A stretch of DNA of 64,000 nt, taken from an uncultured Verrucomicrobiae bacterium (lineage in GTDB: Bacteria > Verrucomicrobiota > Verrucomicrobiia > Limisphaerales > UBA11358). Each line of letters begins with the position of its first letter. Within the stretch, counting starts at the first letter, position 1. The notes below the pieces were generated by a model. That model was not told the DNA's origin and made no database searches. It saw nothing but the letters and a program-made list of their open reading frames with translations. The DNA lies in assembly GCA_963708525.1 (NCBI GenBank), contig CAVPTH010000009.1:94648-158647 (forward strand), written 5' to 3'. Shown here in pieces: positions 63,777 through 64,000 of the stretch. The position numbers and the translations under genes are program-made.

Positions 63777-63850
63777 AAATTCTCAAGTTGACGATTGAAG
63801 CTTACGGCAATGTGGCGGGATGTAAAGCACGTTTTGCATCCGTCCCCGCC

Positions 63851-64000
63851 TCACCGCCCGGGGGTCACCTCTGCCCCGTGCATCCGTTTCCTTTCCCGGC
63901 GGTCCCAATACCACGCAATCCAGACGGTGACCTCGTAAAGCAGTTGTAACGGCACGAACATTACCAGCTGCGTGATCGGCTCGGGCGTGGTCAGCACCGC
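63851..64000 (-). CDS. tatC: Twin-arginine translocase subunit TatC, C-terminal 49 codons (gene continues beyond window)
   Basis: The minus-strand frame is open from the window edge: AVLTTPEPITQLVMFVPLQLLYEVTVWIAWYWDRRERKR*. This parallels the E. coli TatC C-terminus ([29 protein letters not shown]). It is not in the ORF track because it lacks a start codon within the window. Confidence 0.65.
   Translation of the reverse strand, partial: AVLTTPEPITQLVMFVPLQLLYEVTVWIAWYWDRRERKRMHGAEVTPGR

Overview
This is a moderately GC-rich bacterial chromosomal window that is almost fully coding, with about 58 genes. All calls rest on reading the ORF translations and DNA by eye and on motifs recalled from memory. 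No BLAST, HMM or RNA-folding run was possible.

Layout:
- 0-11.5 kb: housekeeping and envelope genes (SPFH protein, DCC oxidoreductase, DUF2071, PilB/GspE ATPase with a TPR/T2SE_Nter partner, a 1,416-aa GH13 alpha-amylase plus amylo-1,6-glucosidase fusion, GntP permease).
- 11.5-31.7 kb: a large glycan locus. It holds nucleotide-heptose synthesis genes (hldC-like adenylyltransferase, GT9, transaldolase, gmhB, gmhA, hddC-like, hddA-like), three redox/epimerase genes, methyltransferases, a Wzx-like flippase, GT2/GT4 genes, a PEP-CTERM protein, rmlD, an rmlC-like gene and an NDP-sugar C-methyltransferase.
- 31.8-37.8 kb: a surface-protein block made of an S53 sedolisin and 981-bp LamG-Ig tandem repeats.
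- 38.1-46.9 kb: a second glycan module (GtrB-like GT2, methyltransferases, two tyvelose-epimerase-like SDRs, a YfhO-like membrane protein).
- 46.9-64 kb: core genes (NIF3, VOC, speA, aminotransferase, DUF2167, HIT, nrdR, efp, ptsI, M48 protease, tyrS, murJ, ispE, partial tatC).

The gene content (PEP-CTERM, a TIGR04073-like lipoprotein, LamG/Ig proteins ending in FYRL, stand-alone four-helix-bundle genes) suggests a Verrucomicrobiota/PVC-like organism. That is inference only.

Most notable observations:
1. An Avd/23S-IVS-family four-helix-bundle gene is flanked by inverted repeats, and a related gene-less hairpin element lies nearby. Both sit in intercistronic spacers of the heptose operon.
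2. An S53 protease and a (LamG-Ig)x3 repeat protein look like one roughly 1,980-aa gene broken by two indels.
3. At least 13 reading-frame breaks occur, and 11 of them look like single-base insertions. This argues for sequence-quality problems and must be resolved before any pseudogene biology is claimed.

No rRNA, tRNA, CRISPR array, transposase, integrase or recognisable defence system was seen.
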